A stretch of 64,000 nt of DNA from Haliotis cracherodii (taxonomy: Eukaryota): NCBI RefSeq assembly GCF_022045235.1, contig NW_027266286.1:59830001-59894000 (forward strand), read 5' to 3'. How positions within the stretch are numbered: position 1 is the first letter of the stretch; each line of letters starts with the position of its first letter. This document shows, piece by piece, positions 40,501-54,200 of the stretch. The notes below the pieces were generated by a model. That model searched no databases. It saw only the letters and a list, made by a program, of their open reading frames with translations, and was not told the DNA's origin. The position numbers were made by a program, and so were the translations under genes.

Positions 40501-43500
40501 CACTGCCTCAAAACGAATCTGAAAAATGAAATGTTTGAACAAACAAATTTGATGGTTTTCAAAACATGGATGCTGCTTGCTGACATCCTGATGACATGTG
40601 CAGTATTCATGGCTGGAGGCCCATGTCTGTGTTGGATAGGGAGACAAAGTACTGGATGATAATTCTCTCTGTCACTAATACATGTATAATAAGAATTTCT
40701 GTCACACTTAGGACTAAATAACAGTATGTTTAGTGGTTACCAAGCTATATTTATTGGTTACATGTGATTGTCAGATTGACTGGCGCCTGTTTCCCCAAAC
40801 AGGAAGACAGGGGATGGTCGATTTCTCATAGGTTGCGATTGGACGACACACCTTCGAAGTGTAGACATGTGTCATGTTTATTTAGGTTCCTACTCAAGGA
40901 CACCATGCATGCGCATCTATCTACACATATCTATTGCAAGTTTGAATACCAAACTCGCAATAGATATGTGTACCCTACTCACACACATGAGTCCCAAAGA
41001 GGGAAAGGTCAGCTGAAATTGCTAAGGCAGAACGCGACCTATTAAACACTTAAAGCAACAACAACAACAACATGCATCTATGACTGGATATGGTAGAGAT
41101 TCGTACCATAATACTTGGCTGCTGCCTGTTGGTTAAGAGTGCTAAGCTAGCTGCACAAACCAGTAGAGGAACAAGCTTGATTTACCAATATCCAATAAGC
41201 AAGACTTTATGGTACTGACAGTCAATGGATGCATTAATTATCAAGCACAATCTTATATGAGAGTCTTTATAAGTATTTAGAAGCTGGATATGATTATGAC
41301 AAGGAATCTTATGGATAACAACTTCTTCCTTATACATGCACAAGATTCCGGGCTACTTCTTGCCCCTTCATTAGGTGAATGAAGGGCCTGAAGGGTTGAG
41401 TGTGTATCATGAAGAAGTTGTTATCCCTATGTTCCTTGTCACAATCTTGTATGTTAGCTTATCTGATAATTCCATACTAGTTGTCCGTCTTTAGCAACCT
41501 ATGCTTGTCACAAGAGGAGAGGGGGCACGGGTGGCCCAGTCGTCTCAGGCGCCGTGATTCGCTGTGCAGAGTTGCGTCCCTTGGGGATGCCAGAAACCTA
41601 TGGTTGTGGGTTCGAATCCAGGTTTGCCCCAGTTATGTTTCTAGGTTGTGATAGCACCATACCCATGCTCGTGGGCTTCACCAAAGTGGTAAACGTCTGA
41701 GACCTTCATCACTTCAGACTTTCCTCCCACATTAAGCTGATATAGCTGGAATACTGTTAAAAGCGGCGTTAAACCCAACTCAATCACTCACTCACAAGAG
41801 GCGACTCATGGGATCTGGTGATCAGGCTCACTGACATGGTTGATGTATTGTATCCAAATTGCAAAGATCAATGCTCATGATCAATCACTGGATTGTCTGG
41901 TTCAATAGATTATTTACAGACCACCATCATATGGCTGGAATATTCCTGAGTGAGGCGCTATACAACAAACAAACAAACAAACAAACAAACCTGATGTCTT
42001 GTGTATATCATGGTGGGTTATTGATGGCCATGTTGCCAGTATATAATGACATTATACGCTGGATGTTATAACAATATATTCCTATCTCAGATCCATAAGG
42101 ACCATATACATGGCTGTACCATCCTCCGTGCAGGAGAAAACAAGATGATCAACAACATGGACGATGAGGATGATATAGAGATTATCACTGATGAGGAAAT
42201 CATTACCCAGCATGAGTAAGTGGAATATATAACAGTGATGATAGAAGGGGCTTGATATACAGAGGGAGGGAGATGAAGAGATGGATGGGAGCAGATGTAT
42301 GATATACAGGGATGGATGTAGTGAATGTATGTAGTGTGATAATGTAATGGAGGTGAGAGGGGAACCTGAGTGTTACAGTTATCAGTCACTGCCTGCCTCA
42401 CATGATCTCTCTGTCCATCCCTTACTGTCTGCCTCACATGATCTCTCTGTCCATCCCTTACTGTCTGCCTCACACGACCTCTCTGTCCATCCCTTACTGT
42501 CTGCCTCACATGATCTCTAAGTCCATCCCTTACTGTCTGCCTCACACGACCTCTCTGTCCATCCCTTACTTACTGCCTCACATGATCTCTCTGTCCATCA
42601 CTTACTGCCTGCCTCACATGATCTCTCTGTCCATCCCTTACTGTCTGCCTCACATGATCTCTAAGTCCATCCCTTACTGTCTGCCTCACACGACCTCTCT
42701 GTCCATCACTTGCTGCCTACCTCACATGTTCTCTCTGTCCATCACTTGCTGCCTGCCTCACACGACCTCTCTGTCCATCCCTTACTGTCTGCCTCACACG
42801 ATCTCTCTGTCCATCCCTTACTGTCTGCCTCACACGACCTCTCTGTCCATCACTTGCTGCCTACCTCACATGTTCTCTCTGTCCATCACTTACTGCCTAC
42901 CTCACATGTTCTCTCTGTCCATCACTTACTGCCTACCTCACATGTTCTCTCTGTCCATCACTTACTGCCTGCCTCACATGTTCTCTCTGTCCATCACTTA
43001 CTGCCTACCTCACATGTTCTCTCTGTCCATCACTTACTGCCTGCCTCACACGATCTCTCTGTCCATCACTTACTGCCTACCTCACACGATCTCTCTGTCC
43101 ATCACTTACTGCCTACCTCACACGACCTCTCTGTCCATCACTTACTGCCTACCTCACATGTTCTCTCTGTCCATCACTTACTGCCTACCTCACATGTTCT
43201 CTCTGTCCATCACTTGCTGCCTACCTCACACGACCTCTCTGTCCATCACTTACTGCCTACCTCACACGATCTCTCTGTCCATCACTTACTGCCTGCCTCA
43301 CACGACCTCTCTGTCCATCACTTACTGCCTACCTCACATGTTCTCTCTGTCCATCACTTACTGCCTACCTCACATGTTCTCTCTGTCCATCACTTGCTGC
43401 CTACCTCACATGTTCTCTCTGTCCATCACTTGCTGCCTACCTCACATGTTCTCTCTGTCCATCACTTGCTGCCTACCTCACATGTTCTCTCTGTCCATCA

Positions 43501-45256
43501 CTTGCTGCCTACCTCACATGTTCTCTCTGTCCATCACTTGCTTCCTACCTCACATGTTCTCTCTGTCCATCACTTGCTGCCTACCTCACATGTTCTCTCT
43601 GTCCATCACTTGCTGCCTACCTCACATGTTCTCTCTGTCCATCACTTGCTGCCTACCTCACATGTTCTCTCTGTCCATCACTTGCTGCCTACCTCACATG
43701 TTCTCTCTGTCCATCACTTGCTGCCTACCTCACATGTTCTCTCTGTCCATCACTTGCTGCCTACCTCACATGTTCTCTCTGTCCATCACTTGCTGCCTAC
43801 CTCACATGTTCTCTCTGTCCATCACTTGCTGCCTACCTCACATGTTCTCTCTGTCCATCACTTGCTGCCTACCTCACATGTTCTCTCTGTCCATCACTTG
43901 CTGCCTACCTCACATGTTCTCTCTGTCCATCACTTGCTGCCTACCTCACATGTTCTCTCTGTCCATCACTTGCTGCCTACCTCACATGTTCTCTCTCTCA
44001 ATCACTTACTGCCTACCTCACATGTTCTCTCTGTCCATCACTTGCTGCCTACCTCACACGACCTCTCTGTCCATCACTTGCTGCCTACCTCACATGTTCT
44101 CTCTGTCCATCACTTACTGCCTACCTCACACGACCTCTCTCTCCATCACTTACTGCCTACCTCACACGACCTCTCTGTCCATCACTGACTGCCTACCTCA
44201 CACGACCTCTCTCTCCATCACTTGCTGCCTACCTCACATGTTCTCTGTGTCCATCACTTGCTGCCTACCTCACATGTTCTCTCTCTCCATCACTTGCTGC
44301 CTACCTCACATGTTCTCTCTCTCCATCACTTGCTGCCTACCTCACATGTTCTCTCTCTCCATCACTTGCTGCCTACCTCACATGTTCTCTCTCTCCATCA
44401 CTTGCTGCCTACCTCACACGACCTCTCTGTCCATCACTTACTGCCTACCTCACACGACCTCTCTCTCCATCACTTACTGCCTACCTCACACGACCTCTCT
44501 CTCCATCACTTGCTGCCTACCTCACACGACCTCTCTGTCCATCACTTACTGCCTACCTCACACGACCTCTCTCTCCATCACTTACTGCCTACCTCACATG
44601 ATCTCCCTGTCCATCACTTACTGCCTACCTCACATGTTCTCTCTCTCCATCACTTACTGCCTCCCTCACACGACCTCTCTGTCCATCACTTACTGCCTAC
44701 CTCACACAACCTCTCTGTCCATCACTTGCTGCCTACCTCACACGACCTCTCTCTCCATCACTTGCTGCCTACCTCACACGACCTCTCTGTCCATCACTTG
44801 CTGCCTACCTCACACGACCTCTCTGTCCATCACTTACTGCCTACCTCACATGATCTCCCTGTCCATCACTTACTGCCTACCTCACATGTTCTCTCTCTCC
44901 ATCACTTACTGCCTCCCTCACACGACCTCTCTGTCCATCACTTACTGCCTACCTCACACGACCTCTCTCTCCATCACTTACTGCCTACCTCACATGTTCT
45001 CTCTCTCCATCACTTACTGCCTCCCTCACATGTTCTCTCTCTCCATCACTTACTGCCTGCCTCACATGATCTCTCTCTCCATCACTTACTGCCTACCTCA
45101 CACGACCTCTCTGTCCATCACTTACTGCCTCCCTCACACGACCTCTCTCTCCATCACTTGCTGCCTATCTCACACGACCTCTCTGTCCATCACTTGCTGC
45201 CTGCCTCACACGACCTCTCTATTATACCTCCAGTCAAATCCACCTGTTCATCACTT

Positions 45257-45287
<31 letters not shown>

Positions 45288-48200
45288 CACTCTCTTGACA
45301 GATGTTTATGTACATACAGATAAACTAATTCATTTAGAAGTTCAATGTGACAAGAGTGACTTATGCAATTAAAGCAATGCTTCTCTGCAGCACACCGGAC
45401 AGTCATGGTTTTGTGGAGCGGGCTCTGGCTGACGCTGGGCACACTCTAGTCAGTGCTGGAGCCTTTGTATTTGACGATGACGACGACTACCTGTCCGGTG
45501 ACCTGGTGGACAAGCACAGACTGAAGCTGCAGGTAGACATAGGGCAGACATAATATAATGTGGAAGATTTTACTAGTGCTTCCAGTGCTACCTGACATAG
45601 CACTTGACATGTTCTTTGATGCCAGATGCAGTGCCCATAGAAAACGATATATTATAAACAAAATTGATAAACAAATAAGTTTAATAGGTATTCATATTTT
45701 ATTTAATGCATGCTGACAAATAAATATCATATTTTTCTTGATGTGTAATGGTTAGATATAAGGGAACAGTTATAACTGGCAGCAAGTATTTGAGCTGACA
45801 TCCTACATATATACTGATCAAAAGAAGTTAAGGACCACCTGCTTATTTCATATTACTATAGTTGTTATGCCATGGCAGATTATATCGTGACACACTAGTA
45901 ACTTACTTCTTATGTAATATTGGTGATATAAAGTACTTATACTGAGAGAAAGAAGTAAACATTCTTTTGCATTATTGTATGCTTGTTCCCTTTATCTTCC
46001 CATCAGTATAACTGTATACTATAATCAGTCAGAGTTAGTCGTATACCTAGTTTTGGCGTCATCATCATGCTGATGTCTGTGGTTCCAGGTGGATGGGTTT
46101 GATCCACGTCCGTCACTGCTGCACAAGAGAGCCTGTAGGAGACTGTTGCCTCTCACACCGACCAAGGTGAGGCATGATCTGGGGTAGAAAAGGCCTTCAC
46201 CAACCCATGCTTGCCATAAAAGGCGACTATGCTGGTCGTAAGAGTTGACTAATGGGATCGGGTGGTCAGGCCTGGTGACTTTGTTGATGCATGTCATCGA
46301 TCTCAATTGCATGGATCGATGCTCATGATGTCAATCACTGGATTGTCTCGTCCAGACTCGATTAGTTAACAGACAGCCGTCAAATAGCTGGAATATTGTT
46401 GAGTGCGGCGTTAAACCACAAACAAACAAAAGCATTCAGGGCAGTGGGGTAGTTGTTTAAGTGTCTACTGTCCAACGAAGGCCCAGGTTTGATTCTCCAC
46501 AAGGGTACAATGTGGGATGCCCATTTGTGGTGTCCCCTGCCGTGATATAACTGGAATACCATACCACAGGCAAACTTTATCAACCACTTTACATTCAGTG
46601 AGAGAAGTCACTCAGGATAGGTGCTGCTGGGTGGCACAGTGGTTAGTGCTGTTGTTCGGTAGTTGCTAAGTTTGATCCTCACGATGGTAAAACATGTAAA
46701 GCTGTTGGTGGCGGGTTAATCTATTGCTTAAAACATTTGCTTGTCAGTCAGTAACAGAGGTTCAGTACCCCACATAGGTACAATGTTGTAAACCTATCCT
46801 TGATGTCACCTGCTCTTATATTTCTGAAATATTAGTAATAGTTATTATTATCCTCCCTGACTTAATTAACAATCAGTATTAACAAATGTGACCCACCAGG
46901 AGAAAATGGACCTTATTGGAACAAGGATACAGTTAAGCTATGACCTTAAGACATTTGATGTCATAGCCGTGTGTGATGTCATGTATCTCTGTATTAAATT
47001 TGAATTTAAGCTTGTGAATTGTATTTTGTATTCCGAAGATGCTGTAGATATCAAATATTATGAAAAGTCAAACTGTGATTTTTCACCCATAAGGTCCCTT
47101 ATCTCATGGTTGGTCACAAATATTAACAAGTTCCTTGTAGTACTAAATATACCTCTCCAATGAAGTGTAGATATCGCATATCTCCCTGAGTAATGTCTAC
47201 CCTATATTCCCTCCCTGCAGTCCGAGGACATGGAGACCGAGGTGGGTACTGTGTACAAAGTGTATTCGTTGTCCAGTGTCCTTGTGAGTAGTTGTAGTCT
47301 TTCTTCTTCTTTGTATCAGTCTGTTTATTTCAGAATGTCCATAAGAACACACAGAGGTTTACGTCTTCATATCACTCTTCTCAACATATTGTCATGTCTG
47401 TACCTTGCAGAAGGTGTTCCAACTAAGCCCTGGCCTGTCCGTTCATGTGGTTACATACAGAACTGATCTGATCTGATGTCATGTTTTTATAACATTTCTA
47501 CAGTACAGGGCCTACTTGTACAAAGCAATCTTAGTGCAAAGACTGTTATAAATCTAGGTCAAAGTATGGGAGTAAAGATGATCTTGGCGCTACGATCACT
47601 TTGTTGCAAGGGGGGCCCAGTATTGATATAGATTTGGATTAATCAAAATTCCAGTATTGACAGAGATTTGGATTAGTAAAGATTCCTGTATTGACAGAGA
47701 TTTGGATTAGTCAAGATTCCAGTATTGACAGAGATTTGGATAAGTCAAGATTCCAGTATTGATAGAGATTTGGATTTGTCAAGATTCCAGTATTGACAGA
47801 TTTGGATTAGTCAAGATTCCAGTATTGACAGAGATTTGGATTAGTCAAGATTCCTGTATTGACAGAGATTTGGATTAGTCAAGATTCCAGTACTGACAGA
47901 TTTGGATCAGTTTACACTGTATGTAAATTGGATTCCGTGCATAGTAATTTTTTCTTATTGCTTGTGTTGTGACCAATTACATCTAGTGTACTTTTGACAC
48001 AAGACACCTGCATGCCTGAAAATAGCATGACTCCATCCTTGTCTGTGATTAATACCTTGACAACAAAGCCACAACACACAACAAAGGCACAACAAAGATT
48101 CTATGGAACATGCTATTGAAAGACTGAATGGTTGCACTGACTGCTGAATATGATGAGTATTTGGATGTGTGACCACCGTGGAAACTCAGCCCCACCGAAC

Positions 48201-51200
48201 ACCTGTATTATTGTGTGTTGTCATACCTAGCCAGTAGGGATCTTTCTGCACTATAGTCAGTCAACCATCAATACTAGTTTTGTAATATTTTATGTCCAAA
48301 TAATGATTTTTTCTTCATTGTAATTATGTAGTTTTGTGACAGCTGACATGATCTTGTAGTGGGGTAAGAGCAGACGACTTAACGTCTCACAACAATGACA
48401 TAATGTGTTTCAAACGTACTTGCTGCATGCATGACCAAAGTCACCAAGGTCATTGTTGTGGGACTTTAAATCGTGTCGGCGGTCACAAACTTACATGATA
48501 ACAATGGAGAAAACATCTTTAATCAGACATGAAATATTTCAAAACCAGTAATTTTAGTTAGGTCACTGATTATTATTCAATAATTACCAACTTTCGTCAC
48601 GTGACTGTGTTTCATGGGAAATTATTGTGAAAAACTGAGTGCCCAATCTGATGGTTGATGGACTATAGTGACAGATTGTCCATTTGTTTGATGTATGTAC
48701 AGGCAGCAGTGATGTTTCTCTAGCTGTAAAATTGCTGATAATTGCCACTCACTCATCAGCCGTTATGTTATGAAACAGCAGCAGTATGCTATGGTGCATC
48801 TTGATTATCTTTTCCACTGTACTACTCAAAATAAGTCAAAGAACACCCGATCCTTTCATTGTACTATAGTTAATCTGTCATGGTATGACATATGAACCAT
48901 AGTAATATGAAAGAATTGTGTGTTCTTTAACATTTTTTGGGTAGTATATGCCAGTACATATTTTGTGTTTCCTTGTGTCTGTCAGTTCATATTTTATAAA
49001 ATCATGTTCCTGCATAAGATGATGAAAGTATTTTCAGACACATGTCTGTGTGTATTGTGTTCAGCAACATTGCTGACTTTGAGCTTTGTTTTCAAGACTG
49101 GACACATACAGGCTTGTGTGGGTCACCTTGTTAGAGATCTAGTGTTGACCGACCTTTGTGTTAATTCCAGAACAGCACTAGGTATTGTCTCGTGCTTGAC
49201 AACTTGTTTGTTGACCTTGACCTTTGTGTTTCCAGAACAGCACTAGGTATTGTCTCGTGCTTGACAACTTGTTTGTTGACCTTGACCTTTGTGTTTCCAG
49301 AACAGCACTAGGTATTGTCTCGTGCTTGACAACATGTTTGTTGACCTTGACCTTTGTGTTTCCAGAACAGCACTAGGTAGTGTCTGGTGCTTGACAACTA
49401 GTTTGTGACCTTGACCTTTGTGTTTCCAGAACGGCACCAGGTATTGTGTCGTCCTTGACATCGATATGTGGCAGGGCAGGAAGGTCATCAAGCTGTTCTC
49501 CCCTCTACAGGTGCGGAGTCTATCAACATCCAACATAAAAAACTAACAGGAACACTCTAAGTTTATGGATCTTGCCAGAGAGTTATAAACGTGTTATGAA
49601 AAACCCTGGTTAGAAATATTTTTGTTAGGTTGTTTACAGTTTACAGATTGATCTAGGTTTTATGTGTTGTGATCAAATAAGGTTTCGAGAATTGCATCTA
49701 TATATTTGTAAGCTCAATAGGAGATGTAACTCACTGCTTGATTAATGCAGTGTTTTGTTGACTGTCCAATTTTTTTTATGACGTATACACATGTGTAAAG
49801 AGGCCAGATACCATAGTTAAAAGGCTGTTACATTTTCAACTGAATGTGAAGTTGCTGTCATATATACAACAAAAAAGAAGTTAAGGACCAGGGTCATGGC
49901 ATGACAGATTAACTATAGTTCCTGATATTCTTTTGAGCAGTATATGTATTGAACCGTGACTAAATCCTGCCAGGTTCAGAACAGTCTGACCATGTCCATC
50001 GACATCTCCTGCAAGACAGAAGACCTCAAGAAATACAAGTCAACACGACCTCTGGCCTCTAACAATGAGTACACCCGGCTCAAGACACTGGCGCCACAGG
50101 AAGTGTATTATCTCCCCTTGTTTGTGGCCTACCACTGCCCCCTGTTTGTCAAACCAGCAGATATCAGGTATAGTGTTTGAGATGGTGGCAGAACCTTTAC
50201 AACATGTTGGCTATTTAGAAAATAGTGTTTCTGTTCTTGTAAACTGTATACTGCTTCTGTATTATTTGTAGGTGTTTTCTGAGAATATCATTTGGAGGTG
50301 TTAGATTGTAGACAGAGTTTTTCCAGGTTCAAATTTGCTGGGTTAATGAAAAGGCAGCAGTGTCTGCACCGATCAGTTAATATATGTTTACTGCCAAAAG
50401 ACACGAACCATAGAAACATATAGAGAAGAATGTATGTTAAGAAGATATGATCCCAATTTGTACCAATTAATGACAAAACTAACAATCAGTCAAGTGTTAC
50501 CACAGAGTGTCTCTATTCTTTAACGATATGATGCACATGATTTCCAAACTTTACTGGCTAATCCTGCACAAGACAAATGGAGCATCTTGAGTCATGGATC
50601 TATGATGTCACATGTGATGCGTTCATGAGCATATCGGTTCACACAACATACCAATCTTATATCTCCTGGATATGAGTAAGTCTTCATATATTAATCAACA
50701 TGTATGGTATTCACGTTTCTTTTGGCGGTGAGTATTTATACCGTGGTAGTGATATTTGTTTTAGTATAGGATCAGTATGTCTGTGCCCGATAGTTGGTGA
50801 TTATGGTGCTCAATGATGACAAGATATAGTTTTGGCAGTGATTTACACATACACTATGTTCAGCGAAATCATGTATAGTCCTGAATACATCTGAAGGCTT
50901 TGGGATGCAGATTTTTTCATGAAATGTGGTAGCTTGTTGTACTGTTGTATGTTCCACAATCCTGGTGAGGTCTCCAACTCTTCAACATGAGTGAGTCAGT
51001 ATGTTTTTTTACGCCACTTTTACCAATATTCCAGCAATATCACGGTGGGGGACACCAGAAATGGGCTTCACACATTGTACCCATGTCGGGAATCGAACCC
51101 GGGTCTTCGGCGTGATGAGCGAACACTTAAACCACTAGGCTACCCGACCGCCCCCTTAAACATGAAAAACATTAAAAATTGATTTAATGAACTGCAACTG

Positions 51201-54200
51201 TGCAATTGTGACTGGGATAATCCAGATGTTTTGTAAAAAGATGAACATGATACTGTTGTATGTTATAATGTGCTCACTGTCTGCTACAGCTATGGACTGT
51301 CGTACAACGCCATCTGGTGGCCGGAATTGATGCAGGCGAAGGAGAAGGCCAAGTATTTCATGTGTATGTCACAGAAAGAGGAGAAGAAGTCTTTCAATTT
51401 CAAGGTAAACTAGCAAATTATGATGACTGTAAATATGTATATATCTATATGTATTCCTCTAGTTCTGACAATGCCAAAGAATCGGATGGGCATTTCTTGG
51501 CCGCTGGTATTGATAAATTTGAAACAATAATGTAAAGGTTAATTAATGTCAATATTTAAATATGTAAATCTTAGTTGCTAAACACTGATCCACTGACTGG
51601 GGTAATAATGAGGTATTTGAGCATGATTTTTGCTGCATTATACATATTAACATTATTATCTCCCGCGACAAAGTGTGTGTGTGGGGGGGGGGGGGGATAT
51701 ATAGGAATAGGAGTTTTCCATCCATCCGTCCGTCCTTCTGTCTGCTTATAAAAGGGGACAAATTTTCTGAAAAATTATTATAGTCAGAGAAATTAAGTTT
51801 TACACACTGTTATCAGTGTTCGTGCTCTCATGGCCTAAAATTGGTGTCTTAGATTCTCTTTTTACAGAGTTATGTCCCTTCCTCCTTGCTCTTCAACTTA
51901 GTACATACTGTGTGCAATGTGGACAAGTTTTCTCAGAAACTACAGAAGTTACAAGAATGAAACTTTGCAACCTTATCTCTTCTTAAGGCTTTATAGGACT
52001 CTTTTTGTATAGTTTGTATTCAGGACTATATGAACAAACTTCTAATGTGTGCTATATGTCGGGGGACAGTGATAACGCTGTTTTCTTGTTTACATTATTA
52101 TAGAGCATTTTCCATTTGTTGCTAGAGAGATGTGTAGAGGATGCTTTGACTGGAGAGGTCAGGTACACATTTGTTAAATGGTGTCTAATTCACCCCTCTG
52201 TCTAGGTTCTATGCAAGGACGGGTCCCCCCTGCAGCCTCCCCAGTCTGTGCCTCGCACCATCCCCTACTACAACATCAGCTTCCACTCCCCCGTCACCCT
52301 CCACAACTACCTGCCATACGACCTGCAGTTCTCCCTTGAGGTAAGTCTAGATTGATTGTCTCATCATTCATTTGCATTATCATCAGTTCTCTGCATAAGT
52401 TCACTCACACTTTATAAAGTCAGTCAGTCTATCAGTACAGCATTATCCTGTCAACATGGAGTTATTTCACATAGGCCACTAATTAATGCACAAAGAAATA
52501 ATGACAGTGTTTCTTATGGCAGAAAGTAGGAGATGATGCAAAGTACACATCAGAAGCTTGTTAAATAAATAATGTGTAGCAGGGCGTGGAGTCATCCCAC
52601 AGATGACATCCTTACCTTGTCAGCTTGCTGACGGGGTTAACCTCTTTGGTCATGTGGACAAGGCATCCGACCTCTGATCAAAAGGTCCGTGGTTCGAATC
52701 CTATCACGGGACTCGGAAATTTTATGGCCGCTACAAATGCATCAGGTACAAGAAAAACAATATGCTGATGTAAACCTGGGTGATCTACTTGCTTCCTGTC
52801 TTCATCCCGCTGTTTCTTTGCCAGGGAACCGGAGCTTCCAGCAGCTTGACCCATGGAGAGAGTGCCTCCCTGTATACAGTCGACCTGCACAACACGTTCA
52901 GGCTTCTCATCACTGTAAGTTTGTATCCCATCAAAGTGGAAGGGGATATAGGAATTGATGCTGTCCATCCATCACGTTTGTTTCCGGAGCAGAAGTATAA
53001 AGGCATGAGAGATATCTTAACTAAGCTTGGCACATAGATAGGTCTAGTGGTGCCTTTTGATCGTTTGGGATTTTTTTTTAAATTTATTTTTCGAGTTTCC
53101 ATGGCAACAACTTTGACTTAGCCTGAAAATGGACATGTCATATTGGCTGGTTATATGAGTACTTCATGCTTGTTCTTGTTTGTTAAAAAACGCTGCACTC
53201 AGCAATATTACAGCTGTGACAGCATCCTGTCTGTTTGTTGTTTATGCCACATTTAGCAGTAATCCAGCTATATGACAGCTGCGTGTAAATAAGTGAGTCT
53301 TGACCAGACAATCCAGTGATTGACATCAGGAGCAATTATCTACGCTATTGAGATAAGATGAAATGCATCAATCATGTCATATCAAAATATGTTAAAAGAT
53401 GGTATTTGTTGTTACCCTGCCTTGTGCTCGGCATTAAGGGATTAGGGACAAGGACTGGTCGGCTCATGGACAGTTGTGTGAGAATGCTCATTAACACAAA
53501 CCACCTGAAGGTTGTTCCTTGAAAACAGATTGAATCTTTAAGTTAATGAGTGAATGTTGTTTTATGCCGTTGTCAGTGTAATTATTGCTGTGTCCAGGCT
53601 GTCTGTAAATATTTTAGATATTCAAGATCTACCAGAGGTTGATGGCATGAGCAACAAGGTATTATGTGCCAGTAACGATGCGGAACTATTTATTTCGTGC
53701 AGATCACAGATTATCTTGGCAGTGACTGGACAGGGAGCCTCGATGTGACGTCAGACATGGATGAGTTCAAGGCCATCTCCATGGAAACTGACATCAATAT
53801 GGAGAATGTTAACAAGCATCTGAGTCTGAGCATCCACTCGAATCAGAGTCAGTCACTGGACTTGTACATCTACTCCCCCTACTGGCTCGTCAACAAGACG
53901 GAGTTGCCCCTCCAGCTTAGGGTGAGTCAGGCACTCACTCTGCTGGTACTTGAACACTGGGTGTCTGAATACTTTTGCCTATTGCAAGCTCCTGTTAAGT
54001 CCAAACTACATCACACTATGGTCACACAGTTTCAATCTCATTAAAATCTTTTCACTCAAATATGACATCTCTATTCATGAAGATCTGAACTCATCTCCAT
54101 AGGAGGTCACATCAAAGGAATTTTTTGATCTGCGTCGAGGCTTGTAAATTCTGGAACGAGTGAGCGAAGGATTCAGGCAAGCATATCTGATGTCCGTATC

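Noticed and set aside
42402-45323. 973-aa, 492-aa and 358-aa ORFs of Cys/His-rich 12-aa repeats
   Set aside because: Translation of a 36-bp minisatellite inside a VPS13 intron; open in two frames only because the unit lacks stops; no unique domain.
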